From Paramecium tetraurelia (lineage: Eukaryota), in NCBI GenBank assembly GCA_000165425.1, contig CT868031.1, forward strand, positions 1 through 64,000: 64,000 nucleotides of DNA, written 5' to 3'. Below, in pieces: positions 25,216-37,294 of the stretch (position 1 is its first letter; each line of letters opens with the position of its first letter). Under the pieces are notes generated by a model. That model ran no database searches. It was not told where the DNA came from and saw only the letters and a list, made by a program, of their open reading frames with translations. The position numbers and the translations under genes were made by a program.

Positions 25216-27086
25216 TCAATGCTTTCCATGAAATAATTCATTTCTAAAGATAATTTATGTATAAATATTTATTCATCAATTTAAGATTCTTTATTTTGTT
25301 TTTTGAATGTACTTAATTACCTTTAGATCTTAAAGTTTTTCACATTTCTTGTGTTTTTTTAATTTCTCATGTTGCAATTTCATCATTGCTATTTTTTCCT
25401 GTATTTTTTTATGTTGCTTTTTGCCATTATACACATAATCCACAGTCGATCCATTTTATTGATTATGAGAATTGGATGATTCTATGTTCAACCCGACAAT
25501 GAACTCATCCAAAAGTTGTCTGCTATCTACTATTCTGTTATTTGGTTCAGGATTTATTTGCACCTTCAATTTGAGTTGCTGTTTCAATTCACACGTTGTC
25601 TCTCCCACATAATTGCTACACAACAATTTTGAGCATTAAACTCTATCAGCCTGTATAAGACATCTCAACTGTGCAATGTGATATTTCATGTAAACTATGT
25701 CTTCATCATCAATATAACAATCTGGACAATAAATTACCCAATCTTTAATGAATTAAAAGAATATAAAGATTTCCTTATAGCATTTGGTGCAAATCAATAC
25801 ATCCTTCGAGGATATAAATAATTTAAACTGAGTTGGATTACTTTTAGATAATTAACGTTCAAGTTCTTGATCTATAAAATATGTCAAATACTCCCTTAAA
25901 ATGGGTAATTTCTCATGGATGAAGATATCCAAGAATAAATTTCTGATTGCTATCACACTCCAAAGTTTGAAATTATCATTCCTAATTTGTCTCAAGAATA
26001 TTTGTTGCATAGAGAAATCATCCATCATTAAAAAGTTGAATGAAGTGTGTATTGAATTTCCTATATTCTTAGCTTAAAAGAAGCTTCCAGCCCCAATTAT
26101 CAAGATATCCCCTTACTTTTAGATTACTTACTTAACAGGTATTTTGTTTTGTAGGAAATACGTAATATTTACATACCATCTTCCCTCCTTCTTATACAAA
26201 TCAGGAATTATTTTCAACAACTAATCCACATGGCATGCATCGATAATGGTCCATAAGCAATCTCCTGGTCCATGATTTATATTGATTTAACTCATACCTT
26301 AAAAATCCTATTATCCTCCAATCCAACAATTGGCAGCTCTCATATATATTTCTGGTACGTTTGCTCCTTTACAGTTCTATCTCAAATACTTCAATCCGTT
26401 GTTTAATAAAAAGAATTTTGGAAAGAAATCAAACAGTCTTTATATTTCATCCTTCCAGTTCTCCATGTCTACATTTACTGCCTAATAAACTTTGTCCTTC
26501 CTATAATTAGTATTATTTAAAAGAAATGCAATCGGATCCTCAACATAATCTTTGTATTACTAGATTGACATTGTAAAAGCCTAATAAAAATCCCCTTCCT
26601 TTGCCTCGATTGTGTCTGTGAATGGGTTTTGAGCTCTTATATCTATTTTTTGGTTTTTATGATGTTTGACCAAATCTGAGAATGTGAATAGATCTTTATT
26701 GAGTTTATCTATTACGTCTTATGGCATTGACCATAAAATTGCTTAATCTTTTTTGAGCCACTTTTCTGGTGATTCCGTGAAACAATCAAGGGCTTTGTCA
26801 ATTTCAACATAGGCACATCTTTACAAATACTACCCATCAACATTTGTTTTATTCAATTCAAAATTTAATAAGTATTTACAAAACAAATTCAGAAACTCTT
26901 GCTTCTCTTAGCTTTGAAATACATTATACTATTCCGAGTAATACTATATATGGTGTCTTATGATACTTTAATAAACCCGCCTTTTTGCTAAATATTTTCG
27001 TATAATTCTATTAATTCTTAGGATTACAATAACTCTAATTCTTTGCTTGTCGGTCTGAAATTGCTCTTTACAAAGTCAACGTACAT
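25216..27086 (-). CDS. KDM6/UTX-type JmjC protein with an N-terminal ARID-like region and a C-terminal Zn domain; probably catalytically inactive
   Basis: GANVPEIYMRAANCWIGGQQDFQGMSQININHGPGDCLW; VIQKQGDILIIGAGSFFQ; CTKC...YCPDC; the 3' end is approximate. Confidence 0.85.
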
Positions 27087-27335
27087 CTCTAATAATGAAA
27101 TAATTATTAAAGCTCATCATCCATTTTTCATTCTAATATTTAGGAAAAATAATATCAAGTATCAATATAAATTGATTCTTCGTTTTTCAAGCAATAAAAA
27201 TAGCGCCGATTAGAGAAAGCCATTCCCCAATGACATGAGCACCTCACACAAAATTATGTACATTAGAGCAAGATTAATTAGTAAAAATAATTATATACAT
27301 CTATATTTGAATATATATTTAATAGAATCTGATTC

Positions 27336-29101
27336 TCATTTCTTCTTTGGCTATTGGGTATTATTACTGGGTTTTTTTATGGCTATAGATTGTTAAGGAA
27401 CTTGTGCTTAAGAAGGCATCTTCTCATTAACTATATCAGCAGTTTTGGCGACATTGAAATCAGCAAGTGCTACAATGATCATACATTTTACCATCAGAAA
27501 TAGCTGTTTTACCAGCTGATAGTATACCTTTAGGTAATCTTTTATCAGGACAAGCTCCTTTTAACTTCATAACACTTTCACTTTCTTCTCTAAGTGTTTT
27601 TTGAAGCTTCATCATGGTTGCCACGAATTTCAACTTATTCTTCAACTTCTCAGTACCTAATCAAATAATAAAAAAGTCATTTACTTTTTCCAGTCGAGCC
27701 ACCTGATTACTGTTTATTAAACTGCTTATTCTGACCTGTCATCTATTTGAATTGCTCAATATCCTCTTGGTTAACGTCATCATCGTCATCACCTTGATCT
27801 CCTGCCTAAATGAGATTGTATAGCATTTCAGTAATCTTCTCAGCCACAAAAGGTATTGACCAAGTAAAAATGTCCATGAAGTTCGGTAGTAAATATGGGT
27901 GCGGAGTATACTAGAATTATTAAATATTTAGAGTATTGTTCTATTGGTTTCACTAGTAATTGTTACTTCGAATTTAATAACTGCTCCTCTGTTATTATAA
28001 ACGTCACAATAATTGGGGGCACTGAAGATGGTGATCACGACAGGGAAATCTTACCCTCCATTCCATCGATGCATCTTATATCCATCAAGTTGTGCCTATA
28101 CACTCTATAGAACTCAATTACTTCATGAGCTCTGATGATGCTTATGAGACTGTTTCTTTACAAGAACTTCATGCTGGCATCTATCCCAAAGAACCAACTA
28201 CAACCACGAACCTCGTTGCTTTTCCATTGTCCATCCAAGTTTCCTTAATCATGATCCACTGGATCGCTCCATAGTAGATCGCAAAAGAGGCCACTTCGAG
28301 GTGGTTCGTGGTATCTATCCAATTTTTTGATGTCTTCTATCTAAAAATAAGCATAAAAATTACTGATTTTAAATCTGGGGAGATTCCACCATGAATTGCA
28401 ATAAACTTTGAATTTATTATACATGCCAAGGGGAATAAATCAAAAGAATCCATCAACATCTCGTAGGTTTCCTAATCATATTTGTAAAGACCTATGATTA
28501 CATTAGTAAGTACATTCATCTTTAAAATTAAAAAATGCTGTCAGTTATCTGCATTCATGATTGCCTCTTAAAAAATAAATAGTATTGGGATAATTAAGTT
28601 TTATCGCATAAAGTAAAATGACTACTTCAATTGAATAGGAGCCTCTGTCGACGAAATCTCCCAGAAAGAGATATCTAATAATATTAAGTTGTGTTACTTC
28701 GTCGTTTCTGGGTTGCCACCGACTTTCGGTTCCAATAATTTCAGTAAGTCATAATATTGTCTATTTATATTTGAGAATGTACCCATGGATATCACCAACA
28801 ACAGTAAGTGGATCTTGCAAATATAGAACATTTCCCTCATTTTCTAACAATCAAAATGTCACCTTACTCAATAATTTATTGCAATCAGCTACCAATTTAA
28901 ATAATTCCTCTTTTGCGATTCTTCCTTCCCTTTGAAGGTGATCTTTCAATAATTTCCAATCAGGTTTGTCTAAATAATTTAATTTTGTGACATACTCTTT
29001 AATTTATCTGGAAACATCAGATTTTTTGAGAGTGGTCGATGAGGAGGAGGCTTAAGAGTCTTCACCTATCGATCATTCACAGGGTCTTTGAGAACATCCA
29101 T
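27336..29101 (-). CDS. CNA: Calcineurin catalytic subunit A (PP2B)
   Basis: [40 protein letters not shown], calmodulin-binding [21 protein letters not shown]. Confidence 0.97.
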
Positions 29102-29146
29102 TGATATTTATATATAATATTTATTATTATTAATACTTATTCTTCA

Positions 29147-29872
29147 TCAGATGCTCAACTTTTACAATTCTGATCTCAATTTATTCACTCTTGACAACAA
29201 AGAGCAATCCAGGAACTTGTTTCCTGAATACATTTGTAACCCTCCCAAAATGGATGCATCAACTTTGTATTGAACTGAAAATTGCATATTAGGACTTGAT
29301 TCCTTCAAAGCCTAAATTACTTGTGATCTATATTAAATAGCTGTACATGCATACCTTTGCTCTTCGGATAAGTTTTCAGCTGAAATAATAGTGATATTTT
29401 CTTCCTTATTAAAGATTCTATAATATTCAATGAATTTATCGGCTGTCTTGGTTAAATAGAAGATTCTTTGGCTATCAATCATGGAGTTCAACAAATTCTG
29501 AGTTACCTCATGAAATCCTTCCTATTTTATTATGAGTTTCTTCACTTACCTTTGTAAGAGCTTGAATCACATTTCTTTATTGATTTCTCTTGTAGGCTGA
29601 GTTCAACAAAAAGCCTGCAAATACTGGACTCTTGTCAGCCAACTCCTTTAAGTATTTCATGTCCTATAACACCAAATGAAGTGCCTCTCTTTATGATGCT
29701 ATTGAGAATAACACTCCTGCATATTTTCCCTATACGGTATCTTCAAAAGTGGGAGGCTTGTGTCCTAAAATCACTCTCTCATGACGATACCTGGAACTGA
29801 TTTGATTTCAGCCTCAGCCTTGGTGGGGGCAACTGAATATCTGAAACAAGCTCTTTGAATAATTTTAAACAT
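29147..29872 (-). CDS. ATP5O: Mitochondrial ATP synthase OSCP subunit
   Basis: Presequence MFKIIQRACFRYS; GKYAGVLFSIA; YKVDASILGGLQMYSGNKFLDCSL. Confidence 0.9.
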
Positions 29873-29882
29873 TATTTAATTA

Positions 29883-31251
29883 ATGATTTTATCAACTAGG
29901 ATTCTTTAGTGCTTTTCATCTGAAAAGAAGATCCTCAGATTCATCAAAACCTGTAGTAGTCCCAAAGAAATCTACTAGACCTATCACAAAAATTAAGAAC
30001 ATTTTACACCTTTGTTATTTCTTGAGGCTTTGAAACATATGAACACAAATCCAGTCAGAAAGAGATTCGATCTCAATGACGACGCTGCCTTCTATGATGA
30101 ACTAACAGAAGTATTCAAGTAGGTGCCTATGCAGGAAAAATGGAGATTTTGTAAAATTTATAATCTTATTATTAGATAGATGTGCAAGTTGCCAAAATCG
30201 GAAGAAACAAATAATTAATCAAATAATACGGCAGTGACTTGACATGCATCAGAGTCAAATAAATAGCCATCCTATTGTGGGGTTATCATAAGAATGGTAT
30301 CAAGAAGCCCAGACTTGTGATTCATTTGATTGATCAATTACAATAGAATTTAGATTCCCTCATCCCAGTCTCAGAGAAACCTGAAGAATTGACAACTCCA
30401 AAAGAAAATTCAAAACCAGAAAGTCTAGAAGAAAACGAAATCAATTAATCTGATGAGGATGAGGACTTCTTAGAATAACAATTGGAGGAGGATTTGCAAT
30501 CTGAAAAAAGAGTGCTTAGAGACTACAGATTCAAATTCAAAGACTTGGTTCTCATTATATGGGCTATCCAAGATATCAGGTTAGATGCTAGTGCAATATT
30601 GATATACACATTTAAATTAGCCATAAATAATTTTAATAAAAAAGAGTTAATAACTAATAGATCATTAATTCTACTCTTGCAAGCAACTCTCAACATCAAA
30701 GAGAATAAATAAATCAATGCTGTACTTATTTTAATTTAAAATAGTATCAAAAACTTGTCATCCAAAATCTAGCTGAATAAGACCTCTCCAACGAAGGCAT
30801 ACTACAGCTACTATTGCTCTTAAGAACCTTAGGCTAATTGAAGCTAAGTCCAGAATTTGCTTAGAAATTGGCCTATATTATGCTCAAAAACCAAGAGAAA
30901 TCCAATCAGCCCTTTTCTTCAAAGTTTGCATCCATTATGATTTGGAATTTGAATAAGTAAGTCCTATTTTGATTTATTCAAAGACTTGGCATTACAGACA
31001 CAGATATTTACAACAAACTGGGACTACATTTAACAAAAAGCAATGAGTTCAAAGCTATGGATATCAGTTAAGCCATTTTGATTTATTCCCTCCAACAAAC
31101 AAAATCTCCTTAATATTAATAATATTAATTCATTTTGAGATCATTAATAAGCAAAGGGAATATGATTAAATTAGACCCAAGAAGTCAAAGCATTATTAAA
31201 GAATCTTTAGAGTAATATTAACCTCATTTGATCAAATTATTAAAAAAATGA
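29883..31251 (+). CDS. Putative mitochondrial helical-repeat (OPR/HPR-like) protein
   Basis: Presequence-like MILSTRILQCFSS; repeated helices KQIAILLWGYHK, FKDLVLIIWAIQ, FKAMDISQAIL. Confidence 0.6.
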
Positions 31252-31571
31252 GTTCATATGTTTATATATATTTCAAATATATTCAACAAATAGTATAAAT
31301 ATATATTATATGCACTAGAATACTAGTCTAATTTAATGAAAGTCCCATACTATTAAAAATAATATTGCTTAATTTATAAAGGTTAATTTTTAATAATATT
31401 CATTATTTGATAGTCAAATTCATAAATTTATAATTTTGATAACATTCTAATTCTAATTCATGAATAATATTGAATGATAGATATTCAGAATTTATGATTA
31501 AATAAATATAACAATTGATCATCATTCTATAATAACAAATTTAAAATCATTAATAAGAAAGAATTTTAAAT

Positions 31572-32619
31572 TCAACATCTTCTTTTAAGTTATCTGTGTT
31601 TTATTTTCATTTCATCTATCAATTTCATTACTCCTTAATTATTTTAGGAATATTCATTGTGAAAAGTGTTGGCATTCCTTATCTTTTTTTATCTGTTTTA
31701 TATTAGATTAAATGGATTTGATATCTTATCTAATTTGAGATTGTCCAAACTATTTTTTGGAGAAATCTATTAAGAAATGCTAGGTAGAGTATTATTTTTC
31801 TTCATCTTTTTGTCCTAATTTAAAAACAGATAACGTACAATTATAGACAAGGGAGTCAAATACATGACAGGTTATTTTTTATTCGTTATTTTTCTCAACA
31901 TCTTCTCCATATAGAGTGAGACTTATCGTTTTTTTGTACTAGAATTTTAACTATTTATTATTGTGCTGAAATGTTCATTATTGAATGATAGTTTCTCCTT
32001 TATTGAGTCTACTTCAAAACAATCTGTAGCATTTCGTCTAAATTTTATACTCTATTTCTTAACCTTATTATGTTATCAGATGCATTGGGAGACTTAGGAG
32101 ACCTGTGAGAATGCGCTGATTAAATTATCATCGTCCCTCGTTTAACATTCGTTTAAGGATTTCGGAGAAATTATTACAGATATCTCATTTTTTTGTGTTT
32201 TCGAATTTGCTCTGATTTATAAAAAACCAAAAACTAGGCTGCATATCCAGCTATTCTAAAGCGCTTAAAAACTCTTTTCCTTCTTGTATAACTTAGAAAA
32301 AAAATAGAATTTTGACATACGCTGACTCAAATGTTGAAATTTAACTCCATATTTTACTCTAAAACTAGCTCATCTTTCCGCATTACCCACAATTACAACT
32401 TGTATTACATTTCTTTGTCTCATTTTGACTTTGATTCTTTATCAGAAATCTTTCAAGATCATTATATCTGGCAGTTTTCAACCTATTCTTAGTTTCTTTG
32501 GAAATACTTTTTGTGTACTTCAATTGAAAAGCTTATCTAGGTGAAATTAACCTAATCCCATGAACAATCTAATACCTCGAAGTACTTAAAAGTAACTTTT
32601 ATTATGTCTATTATTTCAT
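31572..32619 (-). CDS. Hypothetical basic protein
   Basis: ATG with introns; CNCGQCGK, RRKRVFKRFRIAGYA; ends MKIKHRQLKRRC*; exon structure only partly resolved. Confidence 0.55.
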
Positions 32620-32865
32620 TTTAAACTAATATAATAATAAATCAATTAAAATATATAAAATTAGACATAATCTGATGTTCTAGGTTGAAATTAAATTAGA
32701 TTAAAGCTTATGTTATTGAGTTATTTCAGCCTTTCTAGATTTATAAGACTTAAGTGTTACTCATATAACATTAATTTAAATTTAAATTACAACTTAATAC
32801 ACAGTGGATAATAAATTAAATAAAAATAATTGTTAGTACGGGCTAAAGAATATTAATGATATGAA

Positions 32866-33501
32866 TCAATTAGATATTAAAATATCATTTTGCTTCTTCT
32901 GTTATTAAAATGGAGCCAGTTCCTTTTAATTAAGAAAAGTGTCATACCTTTACCAATAGATCTATTTCTTCACGAAGCGAATCAAATGTGGTTTAAGTTT
33001 CAACTCTTTGCTTGCAAAAGTCTTCATTGAGTTATCTAATTCACATAGAAGTGTACTTTAAATGCTATCTGAGTCTCTTATTTTCATCATTGACTTATTT
33101 GTATTTTGTGGTTAGCTTTTGGTGTTTAAGTTTGTCAGTCTCTGATAAGGCTTAAGGGTCATTCATGATTTTCTCCAGTTCACAATTAAGTGCCTATAAA
33201 GATTCTTTACATTTTTAATATGATGCTTAAAGTGAACGATTATCTTCCATTAACTTTTCTAAGTCTTGCAAATTAAAAGCTTAAGATGATCCAATTAATC
33301 TTACAATTTTAGATTAATCTAACACAAAACTCCTTGCCTATTTTTGATGGAATTTCAAATAATTCGTAAGATTAAGATGATATACACAGAGTTTACTTTA
33401 AGAGTTTATCCTTAATGCTTTATTAAATATCATACAATCTGATTTTCATGTCTAACCTAAAAGGCTGGTAACAGAATAGAAACGTAAATTCCTTCAGGCA
33501 T
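32866..33501 (-). CDS. Small coiled-coil hypothetical protein
   Basis: Spliced frame ...LEKLMEDNRSLQASYQKCKESL...FDSLREEIDLLVKEL. Confidence 0.65.
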
Positions 33502-33589
33502 TAATATTATAATTATGTTAATTATTAAAATTATATGCACTATTGAGATTAAATGAATAGATGATCTAAAACAATATAATTAATAACAT

Positions 33590-35472
33590 TCAAGTCTTAT
33601 ATCTACAAGATTTCTATGTATTTTCCAATTCCGTCGTCAATTTCCCTTTTGCTTGAAGCAGTTTGCCAATCAAAAACTTAATTTCGTTATTTATATGTAC
33701 ACTTTTCGATGGCTACTGATTCTCTTTATTCTATTAATACCAATTTTATTTACATATTTGAAAGAATTTGAGTCATTCTAAGTAGATTCATCCTAATTTA
33801 TGTATCTCGCCTTAATTTATTAGATGTGATTAATATGATTATCATTCATTCTCAACGTGGTTTAAGGTTATTGCTAATATAAGCTATATTTAAGATTGTT
33901 TAACTGACCTTAAGTAAAAGATGGAACCTTAAAATGCGAAAATGAAGTGTTATGAGTTTTTTACTAAGTAGATATCGAAGTATTTTAATTTTAATAACTT
34001 TAATCTGTCTATCCCAAAATTTTACTTAAGTTTGTAGTCGAATTAATACTGTGAGCTTTAGTCCCTTATTGTGAATATGATCTTCGTTGATCAACATCAT
34101 TATTAAATCTAGTTGTTTGTTGATTAGATAACTTAAATCTAATGTATTCATCTCCAGCCTCTGTTTCTTCCTTCATGATGCTTGCATCTTAAAGATATGA
34201 GTTAAGATTTAAATTATTCAAAGGGAGAGAATTGGTTGATTAAGATTTTGCTTTTTTGCTCATCATTAGATTAAAATCTTCAATGGGCATAGGGAGAGTG
34301 TCATGATTATTGGCCTTGACCTTTTCAAATGATTAATTGTTTTTTGGAGGTTGAAGCGATTATTTTTAAAGGGATGTTATTGAATTTTTTGGTTGTTAGA
34401 ACGCCTACTTAAAATCAGGTTAGGAGATATGGAAACTTTTACATTAAACTGGACTGTCTTGAGAAACAACTGAGTTCCTAATTTTCATCATATCTACACT
34501 CTTTTTCTTGGAAGTACTGTCGTAATTGTTAGTATTTCTAGAAGGTATATTAAATACGAATTTACATTCTCTGATCATCAATTTATTTATTCAGCATTTT
34601 TTTTTCATATTGAAATTGCACCTATTGTTCATGCATCTCTTATTTTAAGGCTGCAATTTGTTCATCATACTTCTATTGTAATTGTTGAACTTCTTGATTA
34701 GATTCAATATGAGTTTAATATTTTTTAATTGTATTTTGACTTCTTATCAATCTTTATTGTAATTAATCTTTTTCTTTTTCGTATAATTGCGCTAATTATT
34801 GATATCTTTAATCATAATCTGATTGTTTTTCTTGCATATCCTTAAAAAAATTATCCTTGATTTTTTGAATTTCTTATTCGCATTATAATTTGAATACTTG
34901 CTCTCTGGATTTAAAATTTTCCTCTGTTTTTTGTATCTAATCTTTGAATTTAGTAATTTCTTAGTTTAAATACTATTTCTCTGATTCCAAACTCTAAATC
35001 TTGTGATCATAGGTAATTTATTATTTCTGCATCTAAAGTTCAAGATCCTTAATTTAAATTTCCTTTTCGTTTAATTACTCGTTCAGACATCTAAGCTAAA
35101 ACTTATGATTTTATCATACTTTCTCTTCCAGTTTCGTAATGCTTTCTTAGTGCTTTTTGTTATTGACCATCTAGACTTCAATAGATTTTTGAAATTCTGA
35201 ATAACTTTTTTGCTTTATAAAATAGATTTTGAATGATACTTATGACTTTCCTGAAATATCTATTGCCTAAGTAATGGTATCATTCAGTTTCTTTTGATTC
35301 ATTTCTCTTGTTTTATAATCCTCCAATTGCATTTCCAACAATTGTATTTTTTATTCATACAAAGCCCTATCCTTTTTCCATTCATTCTCTCTCAAGGCAT
35401 ACTAAGACATAGGTACAATTCTAATACGTTTTTCTTTAACTAAATATATTCCTCTTATTCATTATTTTCCAT
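33590..35472 (-). CDS. Long coiled-coil hypothetical protein
   Basis: RENEWKKDRALYEQKIQLLEMQLEDYK...NEIKFLIGKLLQAKGKL. Confidence 0.75.
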
Positions 35473-35519
35473 TCAAATTTAACGATTAATTAGAAATTAT
35501 TAATATAGGAAAAAGTAAT

Positions 35520-36480
35520 AAAAACACAATTCTTCTGAGGAGATCTTCTAAATCTTAAAAAGATAAGAGATGAGTCATTTCAAACATTTTATTATATTGC
35601 ATGTATAATTGAAAAGAACAATCATTTTGAAGAATAAAAGCAATTAAATTTCATGAAAGAAAAAGAAAATTCTAGCAATAAGTTTTATTGATGATATGAA
35701 CAATACGTATTGATAATAATTAAGCTATTAGAAAGAATGAAGAAGTTATAGCTGAAGTATCTTAAAATTAAAAGAGAATTTGGATTAAGAAACTTTAACA
35801 ATTAATAATTAAGATGTTTTCTTTTAACATTTCAATCAATGAGTAATAGCATCCAATTTCTATTCCTTATGTTTCTTACTACTTATGATAAAAAATCTGC
35901 AGGAACTGGAAAAGGATAATATTTTAATACATTTTTTGTAGAATCGCCATCCAATCATAGCAAAACAATTAGTCAATTTTGTTGTGTAAGTATTTGTTCT
36001 TCAATCTTCTTAGAAAAATGTATATTAAAAATAAAAATTAAGTTGAGGAAGAGAAGGCTATTTAATATGTCAAGGAAAAAAAATTGTTGGGTAATATCAA
36101 AATAAAAATATTGGAACAGAATATATCACAACATGAAACCAAAATTAAGACAAGGTTCAATTGGAGACTTAGAAGAAATAAATATCAGACTAAATCAACA
36201 AATTGTAATTAGAAAATAAACCTTAAAGTATTTATATGTATTTAAATCACTGTAGAGACAATATAAAGGATGTAGACTAAATATAAAATGTGATAGCACA
36301 ATGAATGAAGAAATACAGGGGCTAAAAAAATGATTACAGAAAGAAGTGTGTTTTAATTGATAGTCATTGTAAACTAAAAAGAAAAAGACTGTTTTGGATG
36401 AAGAATACCCTCTTGATTTAAACTATATTATACTATTTATGATGTATTTTGAAGACTATTTTATGTATTGATTATTTTAT
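35520..36480 (+). pseudogene. Possible degenerate gene remnant
   Basis: Coding-like purine-rich stretches with in-frame TGAs; no clean gene model found. Confidence 0.25.
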
Positions 36481-36579
36481 TTAAAATGTATTTGGATGGA
36501 TTTTCACAGAAAATATTAATATTTTTAATAACAATTGATGGATTACACAAACTAAAAACATCCATAAAATTATTCATAA

Positions 36580-37267
36580 ATGGAAGACTTAAAAACATTA
36601 GATTTAGAAGAAAGTGTTTCTGAGACTATTGTAATTGAAATATCTTATATAGATGAGAGACTTGAGAATGATAGCATATAAATTGAAATATGTTTTGATT
36701 CCCAAAGAGTAGGAGGACAATGGAAAAGAATTAAGAAATTGTATATTCTATTTATCTATTTTATAGGGGATTTATGGGGACCATTGATATTTTGTTTGAC
36801 TTTGGCAATGTAAATTACTATTCTATAGAAGGACTCTGAGTTTCAAGGCTGATTCCACAACTTCTAGTTCGAAGTCTGATGTTTTTGCAATCATTTTTGT
36901 TCTTATTTGGGTTGGTGCTTTTGTTGTTACTCTAAATGCTTAGTTACTAGGGGGAAAAGTGTAATGAATCTCTTTTTATGCTTAGATCATTTTTCCAATC
37001 TGTTTGTCTATTGGGTTATTGTGTATTTCCAATCAATATTGAAGCAATAATTATAGCATTTGTCGGATCCTACTTACCTTTTGTCGTGAAATTAATCCCA
37101 GTGATCATTTGCTTTGCTTGGTCTGCCTATTGTAAAATTTGAATTAAATAATTATAGCATCTGTTGGTTTTATGGCATCATTGGTACCACCACATAAAAA
37201 GAAGTTGGCAGTTTACCCTGTATTTTTATTTTATTTGTTTTTGTCATGGTTTTCTTTGATAGTATGA
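36580..37267 (+). CDS. YIPF6: Yip1-family Golgi membrane protein
   Basis: TLDLEESVSETIMRDLRMIAYKLKYVLIP...LRNWDLWGPLIFCL...VTLNAQLLGGK.SFFQSVCLLGYC...YPVFLFY. Confidence 0.9.
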
Positions 37268-37294
37268 TTTTAATATATATATACATATTATTAA

